Below are positions 36,769 to 46,937 of a DNA stretch of 64,000 nt, piece after piece. The stretch covers positions 31,380-95,379 of the forward strand of contig CAZJVM010000003.1 in assembly GCA_964549305.1 (NCBI GenBank), given 5' to 3'. The first letter of the stretch is position 1. Every line of letters starts with the position of its first letter. The notes under the pieces were generated by a model, which did no database searches, was not told where the DNA came from, and was given only the letters and a program-made list of their open reading frames with translations. The DNA comes from an uncultured bacterium. Its GTDB lineage: Bacteria > Schekmanbacteria > GWA2-38-11 > J061. The position numbers and the translations under genes are program-made.

Positions 36769-38160
36769 TTACTCATTAAAATCAGACGGGAATATCTTTC
36801 CCGGATTCATTATTCCCTGAGGGTCGAATGCCTTTTTGATTCTTGCCATAAGACTTAATTCTTCCCTGTTGATTTCAAGGGTGATATAGGGGGACTTCGT
36901 AATGCCTATTCCGTGCTCGCCTGATATGCTTCCTCCCATATTCACAGTTTCCCTGAAGATTTCCCCCACTGCCTTTTCAACACGCGACATCTCTTCGCTG
37001 TTTCCTCTGTCAGTCATAATATTCGTGTGAATGTTACCGTCGCCCGCGTGTCCGAAGCAGATGATTTTTAAATTATAAAGTTTTGCAATCTCATAGATTT
37101 TTTTTAGGATTTCAGGAATCTTTGTGCGTGGTACGGTGATATCTTCGTTGATTTTTGTGGGGGATAATTGCCCGAGAGAAGGAGAGACGCTTCGCCGTAT
37201 TTTCCATAAATCTTCGATTTCATCCTTCCCTGACGCGGTTTTTATTTCGAGAATATCTTTTTCCCTGCATATTTTCGCGATAACATCCGCTTTCTTTTTT
37301 ACTTCCTCTTCACCGCCGTCAATTTCCATTATAAGAAGCGCTCCGCATTCTTCAGAAATGTCAAATCCCATATATTTGTTTACTGTCCCGATACATTCCT
37401 TATCCATAAACTCGATTGTGGATGGGATGATTTTTGATGAGATAATGCGCGTTACCGTCTGTGCCGTATCTTCCACGCTTCTAAACATCGCAAGGAGGCA
37501 TTTTCTTGACTCAGGCAGGGGAATGAGTTTCAAAGTCGCTTTTGTGATTATGCCGAAAGTCCCTTCTGAGCCGGCAATGAGGCGCGTAAGGTCATATCCG
37601 ACTACGCTTTTTGCAGTTTTCACTCCCGTTTTGATTACCTTCCCCGGCGGTATTATAAGATTGAGTCCAAGTATATAATCTCTTGTAACCCCGTATTTCA
37701 CCGCGCGCGGACCTCCGGAGCATTCTGCGATATTTCCGCCTATTGTTGAGAATTTAAGGGATGCCGGGTCAGGCGGATAAAAAAGCCCGCGGGCTTCGGC
37801 TTCCTTCTGAAATTGTTCCGTTACAACTCCCGGTTCCACTTCCGCAATTAGGTTTTGGGTATCGATATTTATTATTTTGTCCATCTTTGAAAGGCATACG
37901 ACGATTCCTCCCTTCACAGGGACACTTCCTCCGGTAAATCCTGAACCGGCACCTCGGGGAAGTACGGGAATGGAATATCTGCTTGCCGCTTTTAAGATTT
38001 CGATTACTTCGTTTTCTGTTTCGGGAAAGATTACGGCATCGGGCATATAGCTTATATCTGCCGCGTCATAGGAATATGTGAGCAGGTCTTCTTTGTCAGT
38101 TGAAAATCTTTCTTCTCCTGCAATACTTTTGAATTTATTTATAGCTTCACTATTAATCAT
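36769..38160 (-). CDS. FAD-linked oxidase (GlcD/D-lactate dehydrogenase family).
   Basis: FAD-binding PCMH-type domain (PRGAGSGFTGGSVP) with a C-terminal FAD-oxidase domain. Confidence 0.8.
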   Translation of the reverse strand: MINSEAINKFKSIAGEERFSTDKEDLLTYSYDAADISYMPDAVIFPETENEVIEILKAASRYSIPVLPRGAGSGFTGGSVPVKGGIVVCLSKMDKIINIDTQNLIAEVEPGVVTEQFQKEAEARGLFYPPDPASLKFSTIGGNIAECSGGPRAVKYGVTRDYILGLNLIIPPGKVIKTGVKTAKSVVGYDLTRLIAGSEGTFGIITKATLKLIPLPESRKCLLAMFRSVEDTAQTVTRIISSKIIPSTIEFMDKECIGTVNKYMGFDISEECGALLIMEIDGGEEEVKKKADVIAKICREKDILEIKTASGKDEIEDLWKIRRSVSPSLGQLSPTKINEDITVPRTKIPEILKKIYEIAKLYNLKIICFGHAGDGNIHTNIMTDRGNSEEMSRVEKAVGEIFRETVNMGGSISGEHGIGITKSPYITLEINREELSLMARIKKAFDPQGIMNPGKIFPSDFNE

Positions 38161-38211
38161 TTTTAGAAAATTGAATAATTTTATTATTGTTGATGCAATC
38201 TCTCTTTCTTG

Positions 38212-38439
38212 TCAGTCATCATTTGTCATATCTGAATTATCAGTTTTTTCAATTTTAAGCGCAGGACTGTCTTTAAAGAATTTTCTTATTCCGTAGTTGA
38301 TAAAGCTTATCACAAGCAGGGTGTCATTTCCTTTTTTTTCAAATTTCAGCACTCTGCCTCTGCCGTACTTTTCGTGCCTTACAAATGTACCGGGGGTGTA
38401 ATCATCATTTTTTGCCATAACAGTTTCAATATTACGCAA
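38212..38439 (-). CDS. Small hypothetical protein with a UvrD-C-terminal-like (Tudor-like) motif.
   Basis: GTFVRHEKYGRGRVLKFEKKGNDTLLVISF resembles the G-x-V-x-H-x-x-F/Y-G-x-G-x-V C-terminal domain of UvrD/PcrA. Confidence 0.3.
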   Translation of the reverse strand: MRNIETVMAKNDDYTPGTFVRHEKYGRGRVLKFEKKGNDTLLVISFINYGIRKFFKDSPALKIEKTDNSDMTNDD

Positions 38440-38593
38440 AAGAAATAATGCTGTCCAAAGATATTCTTGTTTAACTCCGGCAAAGGGAAATGATGTGTCC
38501 GGTTGATACAGGGCAATGATAATTTGTTATACCGTGGAATGACAAAGTATTTTGCCGGGCAATAATGATGGTAAAAGTACTGAATCTTAAAGA

Positions 38594-38899
38594 TTATTTT
38601 GCCGCTGAGGCGGCGGGTTTTTTTACTTCCGTTTTTTTCGTTCCGGTTTTTTTGGAATTGTCAGGAGAGGAAGCAGTTGACGATGTTTTCTCGGCTTGCA
38701 TTCCCTTCTTTCTTGACTCGGAAGGATAATCGGTTACATACCATCCTGAACCCTTCAGTATAAATCCGCCTGAAGATATGAGACGTTTTACCTTTTCGGA
38801 ACTGCAGTGGGGGCATTTTTCATTGTCTTTTTCGGATATTTTTTTGAAGACTTCGAATTTAGACCCGCAGTCGTCACATTGATATTCATAAATTGGCAT
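38594..38899 (-). CDS. FmdB-family zinc-ribbon protein.
   Basis: MPIYEYQCDDCGSKFE...CPHCSS, two CxxC pairs. Confidence 0.65.
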   Translation of the reverse strand: MPIYEYQCDDCGSKFEVFKKISEKDNEKCPHCSSEKVKRLISSGGFILKGSGWYVTDYPSESRKKGMQAEKTSSTASSPDNSKKTGTKKTEVKKPAASAAK

Positions 38900-38920
38900 T
38901 TTGTTAATCCTCCTTACTTC

Positions 38921-39832
38921 TTAAATCAGGGTCAGCCATTTTGAGAAATGACTGTTACTGCCCTTTACTGTTTCAAAAAACAGTTTCTGAAGTTTTTTCG
39001 TGATGATTCCCGCTTTCCCGTTGCCTATATGCCGTCTATCTATTTCCCTGATAGGAGTAAGTTCTGCGGCAGTGCCTGTGAAAAATGCTTCATCAGCTGT
39101 ATAGACATCGTCTCTTGTAAGATTCACCTCTTTAACTGTATACTTTTTGTATTCTGCAATCTTGATTACGCTGTCTCTCGTAATTCCGCTTAGGATGCAG
39201 AGGGTAGGCGGTGTTAAAATAATACCGTCTCTGATGATAAAAATATTTTCGCCCGACCCTTCCGATACTCTGCCTTCCGTGTCCAAAAGAAGGGCTTCGT
39301 CATATCCGTTTTCGATTGCCTCTATTTTTGCAAGCTGTGAATTGACATAATTTCCGCATATCTTTGCTTTTGTCATCGATGAATTTATAAATGGGCGCTG
39401 GAAAGAAGAAACCTTTACCCTGATTCCGTTGTTAAGCCCTTCCTTGCCCAGATAAGCACCCCACGGATATACGGATATGGCGGAACTTACAGGATTGTCT
39501 TTCGGATAAAGCCCGATTTCACCGTATCCGTAATAGATGATGGGTTTGATGTAACATTCCTTGAGCTTGTTTGATTTGATGGTTTTTATGATTGCTTTTC
39601 TCATCCCATCTTTTGAGAAATTCGGCTCGATAGATGCAATCTTCGCGGAATTGTAAAGACGGTCAAGATGCTCTTCAAGACGAAATATGGCGGGACCTTT
39701 TTTGGTGTTGTAACAGCGGATTCCTTCGAAAACACCAAGTCCGTAATTGAAAGCATTGGTGAGCAGATGAATTTTCGCATCATCCCAGTCAACAAGCTTT
39801 CCGTCCATCCAGATTTTCTTCGCCTTTTCCAT
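38921..39832 (-). CDS. ilvE: Branched-chain amino acid aminotransferase (class IV aminotransferase).
   Basis: N-terminal [35 protein letters not shown] and a class IV PLP fold. Confidence 0.85.
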   Translation of the reverse strand: MEKAKKIWMDGKLVDWDDAKIHLLTNAFNYGLGVFEGIRCYNTKKGPAIFRLEEHLDRLYNSAKIASIEPNFSKDGMRKAIIKTIKSNKLKECYIKPIIYYGYGEIGLYPKDNPVSSAISVYPWGAYLGKEGLNNGIRVKVSSFQRPFINSSMTKAKICGNYVNSQLAKIEAIENGYDEALLLDTEGRVSEGSGENIFIIRDGIILTPPTLCILSGITRDSVIKIAEYKKYTVKEVNLTRDDVYTADEAFFTGTAAELTPIREIDRRHIGNGKAGIITKKLQKLFFETVKGSNSHFSKWLTLI

Positions 39833-39975
39833 TTTTTTAACTCTCAGGTTAAATGTGAGCTTTGAGCATCAATATATCGGAAATATCACATTAAATAAAA
39901 AATAGAATTTTATAAATAAAGAATAGGGGAAATGTCAATAATTTTTTTATTTTCAATGACTTTGTCTGTTTGCAT

Positions 39976-41913
39976 TTATTTCTTTTCCTTAAAGCTGTAT
40001 GATATGAGGCGTGCCGAGTTTGCCACTACCACGATTGACCCGATATTGTGGACAATCGCGCCTCCGATTGGTCCGAGAAGCCCTGAAGAGGCGAAATAAA
40101 GTGCAAAAGCGTTTATAATTATTGATATGGAAAGACTCTGCTTGATTATCGTTATGGTCTTCTTGCCGATTGCTATTCCTTCGGGTACCTTTGAAATATC
40201 GTCGGAGACAAGGGCAATGTCCGCAGATTCTATTGCTATGTCGGTGCCTCCCGCGCCCATTGCTATTCCCACATCGGCAAGGGCAAGGGCAGGAGCGTCG
40301 TTTATGCCGTCGCCAATCATTGCCACTATTTCCCCTGAATCCTTGATTTTAGATATATGTGCCACTTTGTCCTCTGGAAGCAATTCCGCCTCCACTGAGT
40401 CAAAGCCTATTCCGTGGGCAACCTTTTGTGCCGATTCCCTGCGGTCTCCCGTGAGCATAACAATATTTTTTGCGCCGAGCTTTTTAAGGTCTTCTATGGT
40501 TTCCGAAACTTCCTCCCTTATAGTGTCGGAAATGCTTATCATCCCCGCGAATTCCCCGTTTAAAGCCACGCTTATTACCGTATTTCCTTCTTTTGATTTA
40601 TCCCCGATATAGGAAAGCGATTCACTGCTCATATCAATATTTTCTTCCCTGAACATAAGCGGATTTCCGATTACGATTTTATCTCCTCCGCTTATGACTT
40701 TTACGCCCTTGCCTACGAGGGTTTCGCTCTCATCGGGTGCCATAATAATCATTCCCTTCTCATCCGCCTTTGCAAGCACCGCCTTTGCAAGTGAATGAGT
40801 GGAATGCTTTTCCGCCATCGCTGCAAGCTCGAGCACAGCGTCTTCGCTGAATCTTCCCACGGATTTCACTTCGCTCACCATCGCTTCGCCGAGAGTGACA
40901 GTTCCCGTTTTATCAAAAACAAAAGATGTGAGTTTTCCCATAGATTCAAGAATTGCGCCGCCTTTAATGAGTATCCCCTTTCTTGCGGCATTTCCGATTC
41001 CCGCAACTACTGCCGTGGGAGTGGCAATTACAAGGGCGCAGGGACAGGCAACGACAAGTATGGAAACAGCCCTTATGATTTCTCCCGTTACGAGATAAAC
41101 AGCGGCGCTGAAAAGAAGTATGGCAGGAGTAAACCATCCCGAGAAACGGTCCGCAATTCTCTCGATAGGCGGTTTTTCCGCCTGCGCTTCCTTTACCATA
41201 TCGATTATCTTCGCGAGCGTTGTCTGTCCTCCTACTCTTGTCGCTCTTATTATGAGAACTCCGTTTTTGTTGATGGTGCCGCTGAAAACTTCACCACCTT
41301 CCTCTTTGTTTACCGGAAGGGGTTCTCCCGTGATTGCCGATTCGTCCACTTCTGCAAACCCTCTCTCAACAATGCCGTCAACGGGTATTTTTCCACCCGC
41401 TTTTGCAATGATGAGTTCTCCTCTTCTTACATCTTCCACCGGAACAGTCATTTCCCTTCCGGTCCTGATTACCGTTGCGAAATCGGGAGTGATTTCGATG
41501 AGTTTTCTTATGGCATCTCCGGTTTTTGCAATCGTAAGATCTTCGAGAAGTTCGCCTACATTCATCATTAGTACAACTATTGCGCCGGCCATATATTCTC
41601 CCACCCATATTGAAGCGAAGAGGGCGAGGGTGACCAAAAGTTCGGCATTAAGCCGTTTATCTTCGAAGATTGCCCTGATTGAATTTTTTATGATTGGAAA
41701 TCCGCTCAACACGCAGGCGGCAAGAGAAAGCTTTATTCCGGGCGCGGTTTTGTCTCCGCCTAAGAAAAAGGATAAAGCGATAAGAACAATTGAAAGGACG
41801 GGGGAGAAGAAGGGCTCAATCCGTTCGGTTTCCATAAGCCATGAATTTTCACCGCACTTCTCCCGCTCTTTTATGTTGCTTTCAATGACTGCTTCTCTGC
41901 TAATGTCGTGCAT
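39976..41913 (-). CDS. P1B-type heavy-metal translocating ATPase with no fused N-terminal metal-binding domain.
   Basis: TM6 CPCALVIATP, DKTGTVT phosphorylation site, GDGINDAP hinge, TGEP actuator motif. Confidence 0.85.
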   Translation of the reverse strand: MHDISREAVIESNIKEREKCGENSWLMETERIEPFFSPVLSIVLIALSFFLGGDKTAPGIKLSLAACVLSGFPIIKNSIRAIFEDKRLNAELLVTLALFASIWVGEYMAGAIVVLMMNVGELLEDLTIAKTGDAIRKLIEITPDFATVIRTGREMTVPVEDVRRGELIIAKAGGKIPVDGIVERGFAEVDESAITGEPLPVNKEEGGEVFSGTINKNGVLIIRATRVGGQTTLAKIIDMVKEAQAEKPPIERIADRFSGWFTPAILLFSAAVYLVTGEIIRAVSILVVACPCALVIATPTAVVAGIGNAARKGILIKGGAILESMGKLTSFVFDKTGTVTLGEAMVSEVKSVGRFSEDAVLELAAMAEKHSTHSLAKAVLAKADEKGMIIMAPDESETLVGKGVKVISGGDKIVIGNPLMFREENIDMSSESLSYIGDKSKEGNTVISVALNGEFAGMISISDTIREEVSETIEDLKKLGAKNIVMLTGDRRESAQKVAHGIGFDSVEAELLPEDKVAHISKIKDSGEIVAMIGDGINDAPALALADVGIAMGAGGTDIAIESADIALVSDDISKVPEGIAIGKKTITIIKQSLSISIIINAFALYFASSGLLGPIGGAIVHNIGSIVVVANSARLISYSFKEKK

Positions 41914-41922
41914 TCTAATTCC

Positions 41923-42594
41923 CTATTTCCACGAGAAATCAAGTTTAAGAAAGCTTCCAAGGAAGATGAATATGGTCATTATTGCCGCAGTCAATGCTTC
42001 GCCTGCAAATATCAACCCAAAGAGAAAGATTGCTGCCAAAAGTTCGGGCAAAATCTTTTTTTTCAGGATTCCTTCAAAAATCGCGTTTTTAAGCAGAGGG
42101 AAAAGCCCCATCACCGTAATTACGATTAAAAATCCTTCATCAAGATTATCATTCATCGGTACTGTCTGATTTATAAGCAAAAGGACGCTCATAAAGATAA
42201 GCGCAAACCAATCCTGCAGAGGGTTGTTGAATATTCTGTGGACAAGAGTGTTTTCATCGGAACTGTGCTCGTGATGGTGTGCGTGGTGAACTTTGTGGGA
42301 GTGTTCGTGCACGTGATGATATGCCCTTGATTCAAAACGGCTCTCTTTGTGGCTATGGTCAGAATGAAAATGCTCGTCTAAGGTGTCGTGGTTGTGGTCG
42401 TGTCCGGTGAATGATTCTTCATCATTGTGGTTATGTTCGTCATGGCGGTCGTGTTCATCGTTATGTTCGTGGTGGTTGTGCCCTTCGTGTCCGTGACTGT
42501 GCTCTTCACCCGAACCGTGAGAATGGGAAGATTTCTTAACCTTTTGTCCCGATGAGGTTTTCTTGAAGATATCGTCTCTGTTTATATCGTGCAT
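41923..42594 (-). CDS. His-rich metal-binding membrane protein, homologous to the N-terminal TM helices of the adjacent P1B ATPase.
   Basis: Residues 20-120 are very rich in H/E/D (HSHGSGEEHSHGHEGHNHHEHNDEHDRHDEHNH...). The C-terminal roughly 90 aa (FPLLKNAIFEGILKKKILPELLAAIFLFGLIFAGEALTAAIMTIFIFLG) align with the ATPase N-terminus (FPIIKNSIRAIFEDKRLNAELLVTLALFASIWVGEYMAGAIVVLMM). The 3' end overlaps the ATPase start by 11 nt. Confidence 0.6.
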   Translation of the reverse strand: MHDINRDDIFKKTSSGQKVKKSSHSHGSGEEHSHGHEGHNHHEHNDEHDRHDEHNHNDEESFTGHDHNHDTLDEHFHSDHSHKESRFESRAYHHVHEHSHKVHHAHHHEHSSDENTLVHRIFNNPLQDWFALIFMSVLLLINQTVPMNDNLDEGFLIVITVMGLFPLLKNAIFEGILKKKILPELLAAIFLFGLIFAGEALTAAIMTIFIFLGSFLKLDFSWK

Positions 42595-42630
42595 CTTTTC
42601 TACTCCCGATTAATTCTTAATTTATCATAG

Positions 42631-43782
42631 TCAGGCAGTTGCACTGCCGGGTTTTTGTGTTTTCTTTTTTGCTTTCTTTGCAGGTTGTTTAGCTTTTTCC
42701 TCCATCTGTTTCGCATAATCGAGAACCTGCTGAAACTTTCCTTTTGAAAGTTCTGCATCCTCAAAGGGAGTTCTTCTCATTCTGAATCCGAGAGTAAGCT
42801 CGCTTGCAAGGCGTACATCTTCCTCTGTGACTTCCTTTCTTCCGTCGTAGGCGGCTTTTGTCTTGGCGCCTCTCGTTATGATAATATCAGGCCTGTGCCC
42901 GTCAACGTCAAGCTCAATGCACATACGGGCGATGATACGCAGAAAATATTTTGAAATTTCCACTTTTTCAAGATTCTTTTTTGCCTGAGCTATCTTTTTG
43001 GTTATTTCTTTGTTCTGCTTATCGTATCTTGATTTGAAAAGAATCGGGTCCTCTTCGAATTCGCGGATTCGTTTTGCGATGAGCATTCTTGAATTTATGT
43101 CGGAAAGCCCTTTCACTTCAACGTGGAAAGCGAGGCGGTCATGAAGCTGGGGGCGAAGCTCGCCTTCTTCGGGATTCATCGTGCCGGCAAGAATGAAGTT
43201 TGCCGGATGGGAAAGTGAAACTCCCTCGCGCTCAACGATATTTACTCCCATTGCCGCTGAATCGAGAAGCACATCCATTATGTGGTCGTCAAGAAGGTTG
43301 ATGTTGTCAATATAAAGAATACCGCGGTTCGCTTCCGCGAGAATTCCCGTCTCAAGGGCTTTGATTCCTTCCTTTATTGCGCGCTCGATGTTAAGGGTGC
43401 CAACGACTCTGTCTTCTGTTGCGCCTACGGGGAGTTCCGCTATGTGCATTTTTTGTTTGACGCCATTGAGCTTTCCGCCCTTATCGACAGTTTCCCTGCA
43501 TATGGAGCACATCTTGGCGGTTTCATTGGGATTGCAGTGAAAACGGCAGTCTTTGACTGCGGCAATTTCCGGCAGTACATCTGAAAGACCTCTTACGGCA
43601 ACGGTTTTTCCCGTGCCTCTTTCACCTCTTATTAGTACTCCTCCTATCTGAGGATTTATGGCATTTAGCAGAAGCGCCATCTTCATCTTTTCCTGTCCCA
43701 CTATTGCCGAGAAGGGGAAATTGGTTCTTGCCGAGGAAAAAGCGCCGGTAGTTGATTCCTTCTTTTTCTTTTTATCCTTCAT
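42631..43782 (-). CDS. Class I chelatase AAA+ subunit (ChlI/BchI-like), copy 2.
   Basis: [13 protein letters not shown], Walker [56 protein letters not shown]. Confidence 0.8.
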   Translation of the reverse strand: MKDKKKKKESTTGAFSSARTNFPFSAIVGQEKMKMALLLNAINPQIGGVLIRGERGTGKTVAVRGLSDVLPEIAAVKDCRFHCNPNETAKMCSICRETVDKGGKLNGVKQKMHIAELPVGATEDRVVGTLNIERAIKEGIKALETGILAEANRGILYIDNINLLDDHIMDVLLDSAAMGVNIVEREGVSLSHPANFILAGTMNPEEGELRPQLHDRLAFHVEVKGLSDINSRMLIAKRIREFEEDPILFKSRYDKQNKEITKKIAQAKKNLEKVEISKYFLRIIARMCIELDVDGHRPDIIITRGAKTKAAYDGRKEVTEEDVRLASELTLGFRMRRTPFEDAELSKGKFQQVLDYAKQMEEKAKQPAKKAKKKTQKPGSATA

Positions 43783-43801
43783 TTATAATCTCCGTAAAAA
43801 T

Positions 43802-45847
43802 TTATCTTACAGTTTGAGTTCCCTGAATTTCAACCTGCTCAAAAGCCATTTTCTTTTCAAGAGTTATGAGTGAGCCGAGACTCTGATAATTTAACTGGTC
43901 AATTCGGTAGTATTTTGCCGACAAGGAGTCCGCTATGTCCTTTGCAAAACCGTAGGAGAAGTTGATGAAGCTCATCTTCTTCGTTACTTCCGTATCGATT
44001 ACCACTGAAAATACGCCTTCGGAATATACCATTTCGGCCAGTTTTTTTATCTCTTCCATGGGGTCCGATTCAGGTACTATGGGAACATTTGCTCTGCCGT
44101 CTGTAAGAAGCACGAGAAGGGGAATTATGGTAGGGTCTTTCTTCATTTCGTTTTTAATGAGATTCATTGCCTTCATAAGTCCGAGCCCAAGAGGAGTCTT
44201 TCCGCCTGTCGGCAGAGTGGTAAGCATTTTTTTTGCAAGCTCCACTCCGTTTGTGGGAGGCAGGATAACCTGCGCGTCGTTGCCCCTGAAGGCAACCATC
44301 GCAATCCTGTCCCTGCTCTGGTAGGCATCCATCAGAAGGGAAAAGACAGTTCCCTTGGCACATTCCATTCTGTCCATCGCGCCCATTGTGCCGCTTGCAT
44401 CCACAAGAAGCACAATCAGCGAAGACACCTTGCTCTGCCTTACTTTTTTGCGGATGTCCTCTTTGCGAATGAGAAGAGCGTGAGCGGATTCGTTCTTTTC
44501 CCTTCTTCTTTTTTGATGAGGCGCTGCCGAGCGCACCGTTGCGTCAAAAGCGATGTCATTGATGTCGTCTCTCGGGATGGAATGTTTGATATATCTTCCC
44601 TTGCGCCCCGATGTTATTGATTTTATCCTTTTCCCCGAACCGGAACGTGTTTTTCGGTCGGCTTTTTTTCTCGTCATCTGCTTCGGGATTTCAACGGCAG
44701 TGCCTATTCGGTGAATCTGTCCTTCGATGGCGTCCTCCTGCTCATCGGATGCTTCCATCTCGGTGTCCGAATCTGAGGGAGGCATAATATCCTCCATCTC
44801 CTGTGAAAGTTCATCTATAAGCTGGTCCATCATTTCATCGTTTGCAGTGTCTTCTCCGTAAGGCAGCGCTCGTATTCTGAAGGGAAGTATAAGCTCTCCC
44901 GCTTTTTTAATGTGGTTGTTGTTAAGCTCTGCTTCTTCGTCAAAGGCAGCAAGCGTCGCGGCGGTTTTTAAAATCATAGTTTCGGGTCTGTGCCCTTCCA
45001 CATCGAGTTCCTTGCACATCTTACACACGAGAAGCATCGTTCGGTCTGAGGTATCTATGTTTTTAAGCGCTTTCTGGGCACGTAAAATATGCTTTCTGAG
45101 AGCTGAACTCTTTCTTTCGTATTTTTTCCTGAATGCTTCGGGTCTGTTTTCGAAGTTGTTTCTGAGGTTCGTAATGTCAACCCTTTCCTCAACGCTTTCA
45201 AGGGCTTTCACTTCCACGTGAAGCGCTATTCTGTCAAGAAGCTGAGGACGAAGCTCGCCTTCTTCAGGATTCATTGTGCCGATGAGAATGAAGCGCGAAG
45301 GATGGGAGAAGGAGATACCCTCCCTTTCTACGGTGTTTACGCCCGATGCCGCAGCATCGAGAAGCACATCCACAACGTGGTCATCGAGGAGGTTGATTTC
45401 GTCTACATAAAGAATTCCCTGATTTGCCTCGGCGAGCATTCCCGGTTCGATTACTTTTTTGCCGAATTTTACCGCCTGCTCGATGTCGAGGCTTCCCACG
45501 AGACGGTCTTCCGTAAGCCCCAGTGGAAGGTCGATTACCCGAATCTGCCTTTTTGCTATTTTCAGTTTTTCCCCTTCCATTACATCCTTTTTGCAGTTTG
45601 GGCAAAGGTCGGTGAAAATATGCGGGTTGCAGTTGAAGGGGCATCCTTGCACAACATCCACCGGTGGCAGGATTTCGGCAAGAGCCCTTACGAATGTTGA
45701 TTTTCCCGTACCCTTTTCCCCCCTTATGAGGACGCCGCCTATTTTTGGGTTGATGGCATTGAGCGTGAGAGCAAGCTTCATATTTTCCTGTCCTACCATT
45801 GCGGTGAAAGGATAAAGAAGTCTTTTAGCCGTTATTCTTTTTCCCAT
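43802..45847 (-). CDS. Class I chelatase D subunit (ChlD/BchD-like: AAA+ plus acidic linker plus vWA/MIDAS).
   Basis: N-terminal ChlI-like AAA+ module with an intact Walker A (GEKGTGKS). Acidic/Pro linker ([32 protein letters not shown]). C-terminal vWA with [15 protein letters not shown]. Confidence 0.8.
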   Translation of the reverse strand: MGKRITAKRLLYPFTAMVGQENMKLALTLNAINPKIGGVLIRGEKGTGKSTFVRALAEILPPVDVVQGCPFNCNPHIFTDLCPNCKKDVMEGEKLKIAKRQIRVIDLPLGLTEDRLVGSLDIEQAVKFGKKVIEPGMLAEANQGILYVDEINLLDDHVVDVLLDAAASGVNTVEREGISFSHPSRFILIGTMNPEEGELRPQLLDRIALHVEVKALESVEERVDITNLRNNFENRPEAFRKKYERKSSALRKHILRAQKALKNIDTSDRTMLLVCKMCKELDVEGHRPETMILKTAATLAAFDEEAELNNNHIKKAGELILPFRIRALPYGEDTANDEMMDQLIDELSQEMEDIMPPSDSDTEMEASDEQEDAIEGQIHRIGTAVEIPKQMTRKKADRKTRSGSGKRIKSITSGRKGRYIKHSIPRDDINDIAFDATVRSAAPHQKRRREKNESAHALLIRKEDIRKKVRQSKVSSLIVLLVDASGTMGAMDRMECAKGTVFSLLMDAYQSRDRIAMVAFRGNDAQVILPPTNGVELAKKMLTTLPTGGKTPLGLGLMKAMNLIKNEMKKDPTIIPLLVLLTDGRANVPIVPESDPMEEIKKLAEMVYSEGVFSVVIDTEVTKKMSFINFSYGFAKDIADSLSAKYYRIDQLNYQSLGSLITLEKKMAFEQVEIQGTQTVR

Positions 45848-45848
45848 T

Positions 45849-46922
45849 TTATTTAAGTTCCATTCCTTTTTCTTTTGAAAGCCGGTTGAGAACTTCGTCT
45901 ATGAGATTTATGTGATGGTCTTCAGGTTTGAAAGGTATGCGCTTTACCCTGAAGGTAAGTATGAACTTTGCGGCGGTTTTTATGTCTGCCATTAAGAGCT
46001 TTTTCCTTCCCCTCATTGCGGCTAGAGTGAGCGCAGTTTTAATTACCATCGTGTCCGCCCTGTGCCCTTCCACTTCGAGCTCCTGGCAGAGACGGCAGAC
46101 AAGTTTCAGTGCCTTTTCGGAGAATGTTACCGAGCTGAAATTCTTTCCCGCCTTCATTATTTTTTTTCTCAAAGCATCGCTTTGTCTGGAAGACTTTTCA
46201 TTAAAGGCAGTCGGGTCGGATTCGAATTCGTTTCGAAGCAGAGTTATGTTGACGCGGTCATCTACATTCTTAAGTCCTTCCACATCCACGTGTATGGCAA
46301 TTCTGTCAAGAAGCTGTGGTCGAAGTTCGCCTTCTTCTGGATTCATTGTGCCGACAAGAATGAAGCGCGAAGGATGGACAAAGGATATGCCTTCCCTCTC
46401 TACGACATTTATTGCTGAAGTTGCCGCGTCGAGAAGCACATCGACGACGTGGTCGTCGAGAAGGTTTATTTCATCTACATATAAAATTCCGCCGTTCACT
46501 TCGGCAAGTATTCCCGGTTCAAGTTCACGTTTGCCTTCCTTTATTGCCCTTTCAATGTCGAGACTTCCTATGAGACGGTCTTCAGTAACTCCCAGGGGAA
46601 GGTCAACGACTTTCATCTTGCGTTTTTCAAGGGGAAGCTTTTCGCCTTTTTCAATTGCAGACGCGCAGGACGGACATAGCGCGGAATCAGATCCCGGTGA
46701 GCAGTTAAAGGGGCATCCTTTGACTACTGTTACCTCAGGAAGTATTTCAGCAAGCGCCCTTACCGCAGTGGACTTTCCCGTGCCCTTTTCCCCTCTGATT
46801 AAAACTCCGCCGATGGAAGGATTTGCGGCATTAAGCGTCAGGGCAAGTTTCATATCTTCCTGTCCTACGATTGAAACAAATGGGTAAAGTGTCCTTTTGA
46901 CCTTTTCTGTTTTTTTCTCCAT
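45849..46922 (-). CDS. Class I chelatase AAA+ subunit (ChlI/BchI-like), copy 1.
   Basis: [68 protein letters not shown]. Confidence 0.8.
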   Translation of the reverse strand: MEKKTEKVKRTLYPFVSIVGQEDMKLALTLNAANPSIGGVLIRGEKGTGKSTAVRALAEILPEVTVVKGCPFNCSPGSDSALCPSCASAIEKGEKLPLEKRKMKVVDLPLGVTEDRLIGSLDIERAIKEGKRELEPGILAEVNGGILYVDEINLLDDHVVDVLLDAATSAINVVEREGISFVHPSRFILVGTMNPEEGELRPQLLDRIAIHVDVEGLKNVDDRVNITLLRNEFESDPTAFNEKSSRQSDALRKKIMKAGKNFSSVTFSEKALKLVCRLCQELEVEGHRADTMVIKTALTLAAMRGRKKLLMADIKTAAKFILTFRVKRIPFKPEDHHINLIDEVLNRLSKEKGMELK

Positions 46923-46937
46923 TGAGTAACTCCGTTT

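Noticed and set aside
38601-38624. Hairpin GCCGC-tgag-GCGGC followed by a T-run, resembling a Rho-independent terminator.
   Set aside because: It lies inside the C-terminal coding region of the FmdB-like gene (it encodes ...AASAAK). There is no convergent plus-strand gene for it to terminate, so it is most likely coincidental.
40127-42169. Several long plus-strand ORFs (40127-40612, 40795-41571, 40799-41098, 41120-42169) opposite the ATPase and His-rich genes.
   Set aside because: The translations are low-complexity (Ser/Arg/Pro/Cys-rich) with no motifs. They are antisense to genes with unambiguous P-type ATPase signatures, so they are shadow ORFs in higher-GC coding DNA.
44910-46887. Plus-strand ORFs 44910-45221, 45218-45700, 45459-45815, 45928-46887 and 46062-46418 opposite chlD and chlI.
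   Set aside because: Same reasoning. They are antisense to strongly supported AAA+ chelatase genes and have no recognisable domains.
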